The notes beneath the pieces are model-generated. The model was not told where the DNA came from. It saw only the letters and a program-made list of their open reading frames with translations, and made no database searches. A stretch of DNA of 64,000 nt from Octopus bimaculoides (lineage: Eukaryota): contig NC_068984.1 of NCBI RefSeq assembly GCF_001194135.2, positions 66,635,136-66,699,135 on the forward strand. Direction: 5' to 3'. The stretch's first letter is position 1, and every line of letters starts with the position of its first letter. Both the position numbers and the translations under genes were made by a program. Positions 26,756-41,179 of this stretch are shown in pieces.

Positions 26756-27193
26756 NNNNNNNNNNNNNNNNNNNNNNNNNNNNNNNNNNNNNNNNNNNNN
26801 NNNNNNNNNNNNNNNNNNNNNNNNNNNNNNNNNNNNNNNNNNNNNNNNNNNNNNNNNNNNNNNNNNNNNNNNNNNNNNNNNNNNNNNNNNNNNNNNNNNN
26901 NNNNNNNNNNNNNNNNNNNNNNNNNNNNNNNNNNNNNNNNNNNNNNNNNNNNNNNNNNNNNNNNNNNNNNNNNNNNNNNNNNNNNNNNNNNNNNNNNNNN
27001 NNNNNNNNNNNNNNNNNNNNNNNNNNNNNNNNNNNNNNNNNNNNNNNNNNNNNNNNNNNNNNNNNNNNNNNNNNNNNNNNNNNNNNNNNNNNNNNNNNNN
27101 NNNNNNNNNNNNNNNNNNNNNNNNNNNNNNNNNNNNNNNNNNNNNNNNNNNNNNNNNNNNNNNNNNNNNNNNNNNNNNNNNNNNNNNNNNNNN
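26756..27193. other. Assembly gap
   Basis: N run. Confidence 0.99.
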
Positions 27194-27240
27194 ATACGTA
27201 CATACATATATATATATGTATAATTACATGTATGAATATA

Positions 27241-27880
27241 GCTGGAAAACTTAGAGAGTGGTTACATGACTTTCTAAAAAGTAGAAGCCAGGCAGTAGTG
27301 GCCAATGGATCCACCTCAATGAAAACACAAATAGTGAGTGATGTTCCAAAGGGCACTGCTTTTCATAGTAGCCCTCTCAACTGCCTGGATAGCTGCCCTT
27401 GCTAGCTACGCAGACGATGCAAAAGTCTCGCAGAAAATACAAAACCCCAGCAGATGTTGCACATCTGCAGCAGGAGTTGGACTCAATTTACAGATAGGCT
27501 GAGGATAATAATATGCAAGTTAATGCTGAAAAATTCCAAGACTTGCGCTACCAGCATCCAAAACTGAATATGAAACTTACTGGGTTCACTGGTCCACAGG
27601 GAATTACAATCCCTGAGCCTAAATCAGTGAGGAATCTGAGGAAGCACAACTAGATTTCATAATGCAAGAAAATGGCTGCATTAACAAGCACCTGCAAGCC
27701 TGGAGAACTATGTTGCATAGAAACAATGGTAGTGATTGAAAATAAATGTGCAACCATACTCCTTCTTGGCAACTCGAACGTTTTCAAATATCTATTCACA
27801 ATTTACAGAAGTCTAAAGGCACATCATCTGGAAGTACGTATAATACTACTACTGGATAGCACAGGGTGAAATCTGAAAGT
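27241..27880 (+). pseudogene. CR1/Jockey-group LINE reverse transcriptase fragment, frameshifted
   Basis: AGKLREWLHDFLKSRSQAVVANGSTSMKTQIVSDVPKGT / ASYADDAK (YADD at 27407-27418) / DVAHLQQELDSIYR*AEDNNMQVNAEKFQ. Confidence 0.88.
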
Positions 27881-27916
27881 GGACGAGCTTTATACTGTAC
27901 TCTGCTACATTTTTAA

Positions 27917-27974
<58 letters not shown>

Positions 27975-27988
27975 TCATATATACACAC

Positions 27989-28046
<58 letters not shown>

Positions 28047-28589
28047 ATATATACAAATACATATAGATGTATAAACATGCATAATATATCTATAACCATA
28101 TATATATATATATATATCAATCAAAATTAGAATTTTTTCGTGCAAACATAACTTTGATAAATCTGAAAAATTAAAGATTTATTTTCCAGATAATTTGACT
28201 TGGAAGTCTTGTTTTAAGATACTGATTGAATATTCAGAAAAAGATGGTTTATGAAGCATAAAGATCTGGTAGACTATGTTTCATTGGTGCTGTCTAATAG
28301 TACTGAAAGAAACTGACAAAAACTCAACACATTCCCCACTGTGTCTTGCTTTTGATTAATTTAAATTTCAAGTTTGTCGCCCCTGCTTTTTATGTACTGT
28401 ATTATTTAGAAAAGATTTTTTTTTCTTTCTTAATTAATTAAATTTCGTGGCTTTTTTTTACATATTGCCAATCCAAAACAAATTCATAAGTTTGTCCTAA
28501 ATGTCCGTACTTGTTTTCAGATTTTTAGTTGGCCCTTGTTTCATACATTCTGGGAATATATAGCTTTCCTTTCATAAGTCCCAAGGTTA

Positions 28590-28812
28590 TATAATTTGCT
28601 CAAACTGGCCATATCAGGTCCAAATATTCTACTTGTCTCATCATCAAACTGGTCAGATCTAGCCCCTGTTTCTTATTCTGCAATGTCATTCTAAAAATAA
28701 ACAATCACATCAACGAAATATTGAAACTGCAAGATAATGCTTGATTAATTAAAAACAATGCAAGTATATAAGCATTACATTTGACTGACTAATCTGAATG
28801 CTAAAGGCTTAA
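28590..28812 (-). mobile_element. MITE ending GCTAAAGG.TTAA (second piggyBac-like family)
   Basis: Reverse-orientation homolog of 42321-42545 and 60024-60245. Confidence 0.6.
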
Positions 28813-28919
28813 ACAAATGACTTCTACTATATCTCTGGCCAACCAATTTCATATCAGTGTATTTAGTAGACAGAAAGTGTGTGGAAGCCATACATATAAA
28901 TACACACACATTTATACGT

Positions 28920-29135
28920 GTGTGTATTTCTTTGTGTTTGTTGCCCCACTGAATTTCTGCCAACCAATATTGGTTTGCTTACATCCTTGAAACCTAGTGG
29001 TTCAGCAAAAGGGACCATTAGAATAAGTGACAGACTTAAAAAGTAAGCCCTGAGGTGAATTTGTTCAACTAAACCTTTTTGGTGGTGCCCCCTGCATGAC
29101 TGCTGTCCATTGGTTGAAACAAGTAAAAGATAAAA
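28920..29135 (+). mobile_element. Family A SINE 3' half
   Basis: GTGTTTGTTGCCCC...AGTGGTTCAGCAAAAGGGACC...GGTTGAAACAAGTAAAAGATAAAAG. Confidence 0.75.
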
Positions 29136-29694
29136 GACAGAAGCTAACCAGCTTTGCCTTGATTGAGAAGGCTTTTCATCAAGATTCATTCAAGCCATGA
29201 TAATCAAGTTACTTTGTTCATAAAACCCTGTGCTATCTTATCGGGAATTCACAGCTCCTTCACATTTCAAGATAGTTGGGTATGATTTCAAGGAAATTTG
29301 CAATGAGCCCCATATTTTATGAATGGGAAAAAATCCAGCATCTGTTTTTAATCAATATCTATATGAAATGTATAATTTTTCGAACAGAGAATATTATGTA
29401 ATTCCTTGATTCAGTTATCTGACATGAAAGCAAAATGATATTGGAAAACATGAATAAACCTTGGAAACATTTTGCAAAAAAATTTCCTTTCATACCATTC
29501 CATTTGGTTCTATAAATAGGAGTAAAAATGGTGTTATTTAAAGTCAGTATTATTGAAATAAGAAATGAGTCAGATGTGCTGCAGTTATAATGACTATTAA
29601 AACAGTTTTTTTCTCTCTCTTAAACAGATTATTTCAATACATAGATTGAAAAGGATGATTAAAAAAGGGAAATTTTATATTTTACTCTATGTTT

Positions 29695-30110
<416 letters not shown>

Positions 30111-30473
30111 TGTACACACACACATAGACCTCAATGTTCATAGATTATTAATAGCTGCTCTATCTGTTCTTCCTACCATTTGTACTATATATGTGCTGAG
30201 CCAAACCTCAGTAGATAGTCATGTTAATACAGAAGTGCTTGAGAAAACCACATTTATCTCAATCTTTGCAACTAATCAAATCCCTTGTTACTGTTTCTCC
30301 TGAAGTAACTGAACTCGAACTAAACAAGACACAGCTAATACAGACAGAATATATAATTTTACCTCTGTAACCATAGATTTGAGAGGTAACAAACACAATT
30401 GCAAATGATAGCTGTTTTAATTGGCAATATAATATATGTAAGACGAGTGAGAGAAAGAGAGGGAGAATGAGAA

Positions 30474-30517
<44 letters not shown>

Positions 30518-30734
30518 AGAGATATATTTGTTCAAATACATACATAGATAGAAACATGTGCAAATCTCTCCATGCTCTCTCACACACAGACACTAAGAAA
30601 TAGGCAAACACAGACATTAACATACAAAAGTCTGTTCTGTATGATTAAGCATAAAGTGGAGAAACTTATGCATGCTTAGTTCAAAGAGAGATAAAGAGAG
30701 AAGAAAGAATACATTTTCAAAGTATATGAGTATG

Positions 30735-30896
30735 TGCAGGCATTGCTGTGAGGTTAAGCTGTTTGTTTATGAACTGCATGGTTGTGGGTTCAGTTCCACT
30801 GCATGGCACCTTGAGCAAGTACCTTCTGCTACAGCTGCAGGCAACAAAAACTTTGCAAGTGGAATTAATTGTGGAAACTGAAAGAACCTCATCGTA

Positions 30897-30944
<48 letters not shown>

Positions 30945-31430
30945 TATATACATATATATATATATGTATGTATGAATATATAGGTATATGCTTGCCGAAG
31001 GTGCCATGCAGTGGGACTAAACCCAGAACCATGTGGTTGGGAAGCAAGCTTCTTACCACACAGCCACGCCTGCTCCCATATATTTATTTTATATACATAT
31101 GATTTCCATGACTATCATCATCACCATCATCATCATCATCATCATCATCATCATTTTACTGCCCAGTTTCCCATACTTGCATAGGGTGGAATGAATTTGC
31201 TGAGGCAGATTCTCTACAGCTGGATGCCCTTCCTCTTTCCAAACCTCATCTGTTTCCAAGTAAGGTAATATTATTTCATGACCAGACATGTTTTCATGAA
31301 ATATTAGAAACAAAGGACACTGCTTTTATAAAAGTGACACTTGCATACAACATGACGACAAAGTAAGAAGACAGCACCACCTCGCCTGTTGCATTCTTGT
31401 CCCATTTTTTGTATTCTTTTTTATATACCT

Positions 31431-31468
<38 letters not shown>

Positions 31469-31620
31469 TGAGCTTCTTTCAATTTCCTTGTGTCATCTAC
31501 ACTCTCAAGGCTTTGGTCAGTCTGGGGCTATTGTAGAAGATACTTGATCAAGGTGCAACTCAGTGGAACTGAACTTGGAACTATGTGATTATGAAACAAA
31601 CTCGTTACCACATAACCAGG
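30735..31620. mobile_element. Cluster of family A SINE heads (+30735-30900, -30985-31075, -31466-31620) and an RTE-like tail (-31114-31370)
   Basis: GGGTTCAGTTCCACTGCATGGCACC and reverse-complement matches; GGATGCCCTTCC...(CAT)n tail. Confidence 0.7.
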
Positions 31621-32537
31621 CTGAAAATATAATCCATGTTTTATCTTGCACTTCTGTGCAACCTCATTGATATGAATTAATTCAATATCAATTTTTTATA
31701 AAACACAGTCATATAATGAAAGTAGCAAAATCATTTCAAGTCATACCATATAGTTTTTAAAAGTGAAAGACACACTGCATAGTTTGGTGCCTGTAGCTTA
31801 TCCTTGATATATTGTCTGTGATATATTTATTATATCTCGAGACCCCAATGCCCAGGCACATAATGCCTGGAAAATTTTCTTTTTTAGAAAACCATTACAC
31901 TTACAGAACAGAAAAAGGAAAATGAAGTAAAAGAACCTTGTCAAATCTACTGGAAGAAACACTCTAGTCACTAAAATAGCGCCAGAAAAAGAGGGGAAAA
32001 ACTATAATATAAAAAATTAGTAAGATATTGGGATTGTTTGGCCCAATTACAAGTAAATACAGAGAGGATTAGAAGGAGAAAAACCATGTTATATATATTT
32101 GAAAGCATAAAAACCACTAAATCCATTTACTATCAATAACTATGACAGGAAATCTGTCACCTCTGACTGGTAGGCCTGAAAGCTGCAATTTGATATATGC
32201 TGCTATGGATAGTGTTGTTTTTTCTTTACACTTTCTTGAGAAAAAGAGAAAAAAAACCGTTCTTCTCAAAAAGTAAATGTTACATAATTTATAAACTATA
32301 CATACATAAACACACATACACACACATATATACAAACATACATATACATGTATATATGTGTGTATGTACATGTATATATATGTACATGTATATATATGTA
32401 CATATATGTATGTGAATATATGTGGATATATATGGATATATATGCATGTATATATCTATATCTATATATATATCTATATCTATATATATCTATATCTATA
32501 TATATCTATCTATATCTATATATATATATATATATAT

Positions 32538-32933
32538 GGTGGTTGTCTACTCCTTATGCAGAGTTTGACCACCTCCTGTACCTACACCTTAGCACCATTG
32601 TGGCATCTGATGGGGCTTTTTAAACCAGACAATGTTCTGAAAAGACACCCACATAGATTGCACATCCGATTTGGACCACCAAAACCTGCAGATAAGTTCT
32701 GATCTTTGTGGATTTTGAAATGTCTTTTGAGGCCTCCATTAGATTTACAAACCTTCTGGCATACATTGCATTCAAAGGTGTGCACAGACATATAGGCAGA
32801 ATAGTTGGTGGAGGTTCGTTTTCCATGGGTTCACAAATGGGATTTGAGCCCAGCAAAAGAAAGGCATGGTCTGTCACAAACTGTGCACACAAAAAAGGTC
32901 ATTGTCATTGACATTCTCGATCATAACATTATA
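32538..32933 (-). pseudogene. LINE-like 3' end encoding three degenerate C2H2 zinc fingers
   Basis: One frame 32887->32582: CTVCDRPCLSFAGLKSHL*TH...CNVCQKVCKSNGGLKRHFKIH...CNLCGCLFRTLSGLKSPIRCH; internal TGA at 32833-32831; no TGEKP linkers; ~45-nt 3' UTR ending in (TA)n. Confidence 0.7.
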
Positions 32934-33053
32934 NNNNNNNNNNNNNNNNNNNNNNNNNNNNNNNNNNNNNNNNNNNNNNNNNNNNNNNNNNNNNNNNNNN
33001 NNNNNNNNNNNNNNNNNNNNNNNNNNNNNNNNNNNNNNNNNNNNNNNNNNNNN
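32934..33053. other. Assembly gap
   Basis: N run. Confidence 0.99.
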
Positions 33054-33091
<38 letters not shown>

Positions 33092-33139
33092 GTGTTCATA
33101 TATATATGAATATGCATATATATATTTATAAACCAGTAT

Positions 33140-33340
33140 CATGTAACGGGCACTTATACTGTTTGCACGTAAAATGTACCCATCACACTCTTGGAGTGGT
33201 TGGTGTTTGGAAGGGTGTCCAGCCATAGGAACCAAGCCAAATCAGACTGCAACTTGGTGCAGCTCTCCAGCTTACCACTTCCAGTCTATCCAACTCGTGC
33301 CAGTATGAAAAGCAAAAACTAAATGATGATGATGATGATG
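33140..33340 (+). mobile_element. RTE-type 3' tail fragment
   Basis: GCACGTAAAATGTACCCATCACACTC...GGAAGGGTGTCCAGCC...(GAT)n. Confidence 0.75.
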
Positions 33341-33347
33341 GTATATA

Positions 33348-33378
<31 letters not shown>

Positions 33379-33946
33379 ATATATGCCAAGCTAAAAACCT
33401 TCCTGCCGACCGTCTGTAATCCCTCAAAATATCATAACCATTGGTCCAGCCATCTGGCCATGAAGAGGGAACAGACAAAGAGATGGTCAGACGGACAGAC
33501 AGATGGACATAACACCTATTATAGTAGGGTTTGTAGTAGTGGTGATAGTGGTTGTATAAGTGTTATTGTTACGATCATTGACTGTCTATTTTGCACCCTG
33601 TTTCCCACCTAAAACCACTGATTTATTCTTTATCTGTACTCTGTGACTACCGTCTCTATTTTAATTATTTATCGTATTTCAATACTGACGTTTTTGATAG
33701 AGAGTGTGTATGCGTCTGTGTGCTTATATGTACATAAGTGTGTGCATGTTTTTATGTAAGTGTGTGTGTGTTTGTGCGAGCATGGATATGAATGTTTGTA
33801 TATACATTCAACCATATCTTTTTCCTATCCTCTGACCTCACAATACATGTATGTACATAGATGTCTATGTGCATGAATATGTGTGGGTGTGTGCTGATGC
33901 ATGTACTTGTATCTATGTGACTGTGTGCAAACTGTTGCATGGATAT

Positions 33947-33983
<37 letters not shown>

Positions 33984-34266
33984 GAATGCAATGTGAGTAC
34001 ATGTGAGTGCACAAGTTCTGTATGTGTATCTGTGTGTAAGTGTGTGTGTGTGTATGTGTGTATTACATACTAAATGTGTATGAATCTTTCTCCAGAAATT
34101 CATGAGTGTTCATATTATGATTGCTATTACTGTTGTTATTACCATTACTTATTATAATTAGTTGTATGTCCGTACACATCTAAATACAGTAAAACTCACA
34201 CACATACACATATATGTGTGTATTTGTATATACACACATAAATATTTTTATACATTGATATGTTTT

Positions 34267-34605
34267 CTCTGCTGTGCTTGAGAAAACACATCACACTAGG
34301 TAAATATGTGGTTGTCTTTGCAAACAGACCACCTCCCCTACATCCCACTGCAAGTGTTCCTAATCTTGTAGGCTTGTGGGTGCTGGTGCCAAGTAAGAGC
34401 ACCTGTGTCGGTGCTGTGTAAAAGCATTCAGTTCCACTCTGCAAAGTGGTTCGTGTGAGGGAGGACCGTAGAAATCCAGCAATAGAAATCATGCCAAAAC
34501 AGACATAGATCCTGGGCAGCTATCACTTCAGCTGACCAGCTCCTGTTAAATCATCCAACCCATGCTAGCATAGAAAATAGACGTTAACTGAGGATGATGA
34601 TGATA
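34267..34605 (+). mobile_element. RTE-type LINE 3' end (ORF terminus plus 3' UTR)
   Basis: Starts GCTGTGCTTGAGAAAACA (AVLEKT), co-linear with the 53140-52862 minus copy; (GAT)n tail. Confidence 0.8.
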
Positions 34606-35157
34606 TATGTACACACAATAGTGTCAAATCCCAACATCCCTTGCACTAATAAATCAAGTCTTTAGAACACATAATTGTCATAAAGGAAACACTAAAGTGA
34701 TTAACATAATCATATTCATATCTACTAGAATATATTTAGAATAAATATGCAAGTCATCATATATATGAATATATATATAAATAATAAGGGTGATTGTTTT
34801 TGCAATTTTACAACCTAAAAGCAAAAATATATACGTCAATAAAGTGACAAAGGGCACTGGTCAGCACCCGTATTGCTAGAACTAAGGGTCAAAACAACTC
34901 ATAGCCATTAGAAAGCACTTATCTTAATGACTGACAAGAGAGGTAAGCTCCCTCAGTATTTAGGCATAGCCAGATCACCAGTGATTTTGCATTTTTATTG
35001 ATGCTCATCAATGGCTCTCACCCAGCACCTAGGATTATACTCAACTCGCCTTGTCAGTTTATGAGATTACCATAGAAATCATATGCCGATATCATAGATG
35101 GTAAAAGTGAAAATTATAAATAATATGGGCGGCTTTTTTGCAATTTTACAACCTAAA

Positions 35158-35319
35158 GGCGCAGGAGTGGCTGTGTGGTAAGTAGCTTGCTTACCAACCA
35201 CATGGTTTCGGGTTCATTCTCACTGTGTGGCACCTTGGGCAGGTGTCTTCTACTATAGCCTCAGGCCGACCAAAGCCTTGTGAATGGATTTGGTAGATGG
35301 AAACTGAAAGAAGCCTGTC

Positions 35320-35375
<56 letters not shown>

Positions 35376-35594
35376 TTGTGTGTCTATGTTTGTCCCCCCA
35401 ACATCGCTTGACAACCGATGGTGGTGTGTTTACGTCCCCGTAACTTAGCGGTTCGGCAAAAGAGCCCGATAGTATAAGTACTAGGCTTACAAAGAATAAG
35501 TGCTGGGGTCGATTTGCTCGACTAAAGGCGGTGCTCCGGCATGGCCGTAGTCAAATGACTGAAACAAGTAAAAGAGTAAAAAAAAAAGAGTAAA
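35158..35594 (+). mobile_element. Family A SINE, full length, young
   Basis: Best CpG retention among family A copies; complete head, body and AAGAGTAAA tail; TAAAGGC at both junctions (possible TSD). Confidence 0.92.
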
Positions 35595-35843
35595 GGCAGA
35601 AATATATAGTCAGCAAATGTATTACTAGAAATAAGAGTTAAAAAAAAAAGTCATAGCCGCTAGAAAACACTTATCTGTTATATATTTATCTCTTATATGT
35701 TAGCTGCAGTATCCAGTGTGTCTAGCCTAGGTTCCTGGAAACTATGAGAAAAATCCTATAACCTTTGACCATTTCCTTAAAAATCTGTAGCCTTATGCAA
35801 AAGTTGAACTATGTAGGTGTAAAATTGAAGTTTACAAGTTGGC

Positions 35844-35882
<39 letters not shown>

Positions 35883-35944
35883 CATATGTACACTTTTATA
35901 AATGTCTGCAATGCTATGCTTATAATTTATATACATACATACAT

Positions 35945-35994
<50 letters not shown>

Positions 35995-36884
35995 TTTTCT
36001 GTCCTTTTCTCTCTTGGGTATAAAATATATCTGTATATATATAAGTGTGTATGAATAGTGTTATAGTTAAGAATCTGCACATATGTAACATACATGCTAG
36101 CAATATATGTATATGTGTGTATACATTTAAATACAGACATACACACATAATACTTGTTCTAAATTAAAAGATGTCACAATTTTCAGTCATGTTTTAGTAA
36201 TATTAAAGTCGGTATATTTACAGAATATTTTCATTCATTTTCATGGAGTTATTTATTGATTTCTTTTATTTTTTCATATATGTAGAAAATGTGATATTTT
36301 GCTGTTGTCTGCTGCTAGATAAAATTGGATTTACTATTACTATAAGGATATATGCTGTACTTTCCAGCTTGTGCTTTGATTCTTATAGTTTTGTCTCTCT
36401 TCTTTATCTTTATTGTTATTGTTGTTTTGTTTTATGTTTTCTCTTTTTGTTCAGTTTTGCAACTAACTAAATTAAACTCAGTTTGCACCATATTGAAAGA
36501 TAGCCTGAAATACAAAGCTATTAGGCTGCAACAGTCTGCACTATAAATGCCAATCTCTTCAGGCATCAGGTGATACAATAATTTAGAGTTTCCAATTCTA
36601 GAGGGGATGAACTCTATTTAAGAAATATAACTTAAAACCAATAGAATAAACTGAGTTCAACAAAGTTAAATAAGCACAGCTGCTGGAATAAAGACAGCAA
36701 TGTTGTGTTTGTGAGAAGGCAAAAAAAAAAAAAAAGGAAAAGAAAAAAAAAACCTAGGTGGTATGACCATGTTGAAAAGTAAGAAAATGACTTTGGGGAA
36801 AAGAACTAGATAGAAGAGGTAGGATTAAATTTTGCAGACATGGTCTGGAGAGAAAGAGAAAGAGAGAGAGAGAGAGTATATATA

Positions 36885-36928
<44 letters not shown>

Positions 36929-37084
36929 TATGTGTGTGTGTGTGTACATGTGTGTGTGTGTGTGTGTGTGCGTGTGTATATATATATATGTATATATATA
37001 TAGACAATTCAGGTAGAGTTTATTTTGCAATTTCTTCTATTCCATAAAGTATGTGGAAAATTGAAATGGGAATTCCGAATAATC

Positions 37085-37735
37085 NNNNNNNNNNNNNNNN
37101 NNNNNNNNNNNNNNNNNNNNNNNNNNNNNNNNNNNNNNNNNNNNNNNNNNNNNNNNNNNNNNNNNNNNNNNNNNNNNNNNNNNNNNNNNNNNNNNNNNNN
37201 NNNNNNNNNNNNNNNNNNNNNNNNNNNNNNNNNNNNNNNNNNNNNNNNNNNNNNNNNNNNNNNNNNNNNNNNNNNNNNNNNNNNNNNNNNNNNNNNNNNN
37301 NNNNNNNNNNNNNNNNNNNNNNNNNNNNNNNNNNNNNNNNNNNNNNNNNNNNNNNNNNNNNNNNNNNNNNNNNNNNNNNNNNNNNNNNNNNNNNNNNNNN
37401 NNNNNNNNNNNNNNNNNNNNNNNNNNNNNNNNNNNNNNNNNNNNNNNNNNNNNNNNNNNNNNNNNNNNNNNNNNNNNNNNNNNNNNNNNNNNNNNNNNNN
37501 NNNNNNNNNNNNNNNNNNNNNNNNNNNNNNNNNNNNNNNNNNNNNNNNNNNNNNNNNNNNNNNNNNNNNNNNNNNNNNNNNNNNNNNNNNNNNNNNNNNN
37601 NNNNNNNNNNNNNNNNNNNNNNNNNNNNNNNNNNNNNNNNNNNNNNNNNNNNNNNNNNNNNNNNNNNNNNNNNNNNNNNNNNNNNNNNNNNNNNNNNNNN
37701 NNNNNNNNNNNNNNNNNNNNNNNNNNNNNNNNNNN
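37085..37735. other. Assembly gap, followed by (GT)n
   Basis: N run. Confidence 0.99.
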
Positions 37736-37787
<52 letters not shown>

Positions 37788-38399
37788 CGCATGCAAGTGT
37801 GTGTGTATGTATGTACGAGTATGAGTGTGTGTGTGTGTGTGTGTGCGCGAGTGTGTGTGTATGTATGTACGAGTGTGTGTGTGTGTGCGTTCGAGTGTGT
37901 GTTTGTGTGTGTGTGCGTGCGAGTGTGTGTTTGTGTGTGTGTGTGTGTGCATGTGTGCGTGTTGTGTGTGTGACGTATCTTGATTCTGTCAATAATCACA
38001 CCTTGAAAATTTCTCTTTTAATGAAAAAATCATTCTGTTGATGTTCACTTATCATTAAATAAGAAAAAAGGGAATGTTAAACCAAATACAATTTTGCATG
38101 ATCACCTTGAATTAAACTAATTTACTACTTCATTAGAGTGTAGGGAGTATAAAACTAGGCTCTACTGCCTTTCTTTGTAAGTTATAGAGTAAAATGCCCA
38201 ACTGACTTGCTTAAATAGTTTGTTCTGTGCAGTAGATGCTGTTGGTCTACCATACTATGCAGTAATCTGACAATGAATCAACAACTGAGTGTATTCAGTT
38301 GTTTAACTTGCTTGGTGTGGTATAACTAAATCTCCCTCAAATTGCATCCTACTGTCTTAGAGAAAGAGCAGGACAAAATAGATAATATAGTTCTTAATA

Positions 38400-38772
38400 G
38401 CCCAATGGTTAGGGCAGCGGACTCACGGTCATAGGATCACGGTTTCGATTCCCAGACTGGGCATTGTGAGTGTTTATTGAGCGAAAACACCTAAAGCTCC
38501 ACGAGGCTCCGGCAGGGGATGGTGGTGAACCCTGCTGTACTCTTTCACCAGAACTTTCTCTCACTCTTACTTCCTGTTTCTGTTGTATCTGTATTTCAAA
38601 GGGCCAGCCTTGTCACACTGTGTCATGCTGAATATCCCCGAGAACTGTGTTAAGGGTACACGTGTCTGTGGAGTGCTCAGCCACTTGCACGTTAATTTCA
38701 CGAGCAGGCTGTTCCATTGAGCGAATCAACTGGAACCCTCGTCTTCGTAAGCGACGGAGTGCCAACAATAAT
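38400..38772 (+). mobile_element. tRNA-headed SINE (family E), full length
   Basis: GCCCAATGGTTAGGGCAGCGGAC...GGTTTCGATTCCCAGACTGGGC head, ~300-bp body, ACAATAATAA tail. Confidence 0.88.
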
Positions 38773-39164
38773 AACCCTAAAAAATGAACAAGATATTCAC
38801 AACTGGGATATCTGGGATTATAGGTAAGTTTGCCCATTCACAGCTGACCTAGAACTGTGCAAAATCAACAGCAACTATGAACTCAAAGATATGTGAGAAA
38901 GAGCAGAAAAAATAAATGTGACAAGCTAAATGCTGTTTGTCTTCCTGTTGCTCTTTATGCCATGATTACTAGCTTTTTGTCATTTACAGTTGCTGATGGA
39001 AGCTTCAATGTAGTCATTTGGCCAGCTAGAAATAGCAACCAAATTCCCTCAAATAATATCTTACAATCTTTTAAAAGAAATGGTCTCATTAATCAAAGTA
39101 GTCCTAGATATACAGAAATTTAATTTCAGATAGTCATACGCACCTGTCCTACACGGCAGAAGTG

Positions 39165-39440
39165 TTAAGGCTTCACCCCCTTTTGTGCCAGTGCCATGTA
39201 AAAAAGCACTTGTGACCACCCCATGTAGAAGCACTCATGTGGTGCTACATTAAAAGCACCCAATGTATACTGTAAAGTGGTTGGCATTAGGAAGGGTATT
39301 CATCCATAGAAACCAAGCCAAATCAAACTGGAACCTGGTGCAACTCTCCAACTCCAGTCAAATCGTCCAAACCATGCCATCTTGGAAAATAGACGTTAAA
39401 TGATGATGATGATCATGATGATCATGATCATGATCATGTC
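39165..39440 (+). mobile_element. RTE-type 3' tail fragment ending in (GAT)/(GATCAT)n
   Basis: GTAAAAAAGCAC units, GGCATTAGGAAGGGTATTC, GACGTTAAATGATGATG. Confidence 0.75.
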
Positions 39441-41179
39441 TTCACTAAGATGCTTTTGATATTACTTTATTCAGCCAGTGCTGGCCTGGGGCTACAATCA
39501 CTGATATCTCCTCTTTGGAGCAGAATTAGCAAGGAAGTAGCAATATTTCAGTAGCAAAAATTTAATTAGATTTTATCAGTAAATTAACTTCAAAGGTAAG
39601 TTTTAGGGAAGGTACAAACAAGGGCACAGAAACACGTTTTAAAGTGATGGAAGCTGCTGAGAACAAGAGCACATAATGAGCTTAATGAAGTCTCATTTGA
39701 ATTTCTAAGCTTTTTATTTTTGTTTGTTTTTTTCTTTTAATAGAGAAAAATCACACACTTGGGAAATCTGTCCTAGATAGTGATTCTTGGAAACTGATGC
39801 AATTAGGTGGAAAGGGTAGGTGGGGAAATGACCAATGATTTAACCTTTATGTAGATATTTATACGAGAAGTACATTTAATTTTATGTGCGACTGGGAATA
39901 ATTATGAGATTATTGAGAAATGCTACACTGATATCTCTCTTTTAGAAATACATTTAGCTCTTATCTGCTAAATGCTATAAAACCTGAACTGAGAATTGTT
40001 GATAACATATTTGGAGGACTAGGGAAACAATTAGAATTCATATTTGATTAATTAAGGGGTGTTAATAAAATTAATGGTGGTGACAGTTAGAACATTGAGT
40101 TATGAACTCCAAGGGAAGAAGCTTTTACTTTTGTTAAACTGACAGAAAACTGACAATATTAAGTTAATGCATGAAACCCTTCAAGGTAGCAACTTTGTAT
40201 AAGATTGTCTTGAAATGTTCCATATGTGGTATATATAAATTCACACAAGGTGTCTTCAGAAAGAGAGCAAAAGAGAGTATAAAGTCTTCACAGAAAGTGA
40301 AAAGGAGAGAGAGAGACAGACAGAGAGACAGAGAGGAGAGACAGACAGACAGAGAGTTCAAAATTAGAGATCTTATGAAACATTGCCATTCATTACTAAT
40401 TAGAAATGTTTATAAAATGGGAATATCTAGTAATAAAAGAGGTTAAAATTCAAAGACTATAACTAATTAAAACATCCTTAATTTTCTGGTATTAAATAAA
40501 CAGCTGTATACATTGATATACAAATATTAAACTCATGAACATTATGAGTAATATTACCTTATTTAATTTTGTTTTCTTTCATTTTGTTTCTTGAGTAATT
40601 TCCTAAACCTATTTGTGTTCATAATTCTAGTAAATGTGCTGCCTTTGAAATTGATCGAGAATTGAGTTGCATTTAATGAAATAACTTTTAGATTTATTTC
40701 TCAATTAAGCTAGTGTTTAGAATATAACAAAATATTCTACCATAAAATTATAATGAACTCCTTAAAGCAAGCAGGTTTGTATCAAAGAACCAGAGTGGGG
40801 TCTCAGGTGTATTGGTATCAAAAGGGTAAAAGTATTCTGTTATGTGTCAAAGAATATACAATTTTCTATTTCTTTAGCTTCAATTAAATGTTTAGTAATT
40901 CCTGCTTCACATCATGTTCAGCTTTTGGTTGGATTTGTGATTATAAAAATTATAATGCATAGCAAAGTAAATATACAAATAAATCATTTAAATAAATAAT
41001 TGGAGTCTGCTATTCCTGAATCCTGTTGTTTCAATTTAATTTGTTTTTTACCCAAACATGATTTGTATTAAAATAAGGATTAATCAGGTTTGTTGATTTT
41101 TATTCCTCCATACTGGAAGTAGACATGGCTGTGTGGTTATGGAATTTGTTTTATTAATCATAATGCTTTCCTTTGTTTC

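Noticed and set aside
38400-38462. tRNA-like cloverleaf with A and B boxes
   Set aside because: Head of SINE family E (second copy at 26621), not a functional tRNA gene
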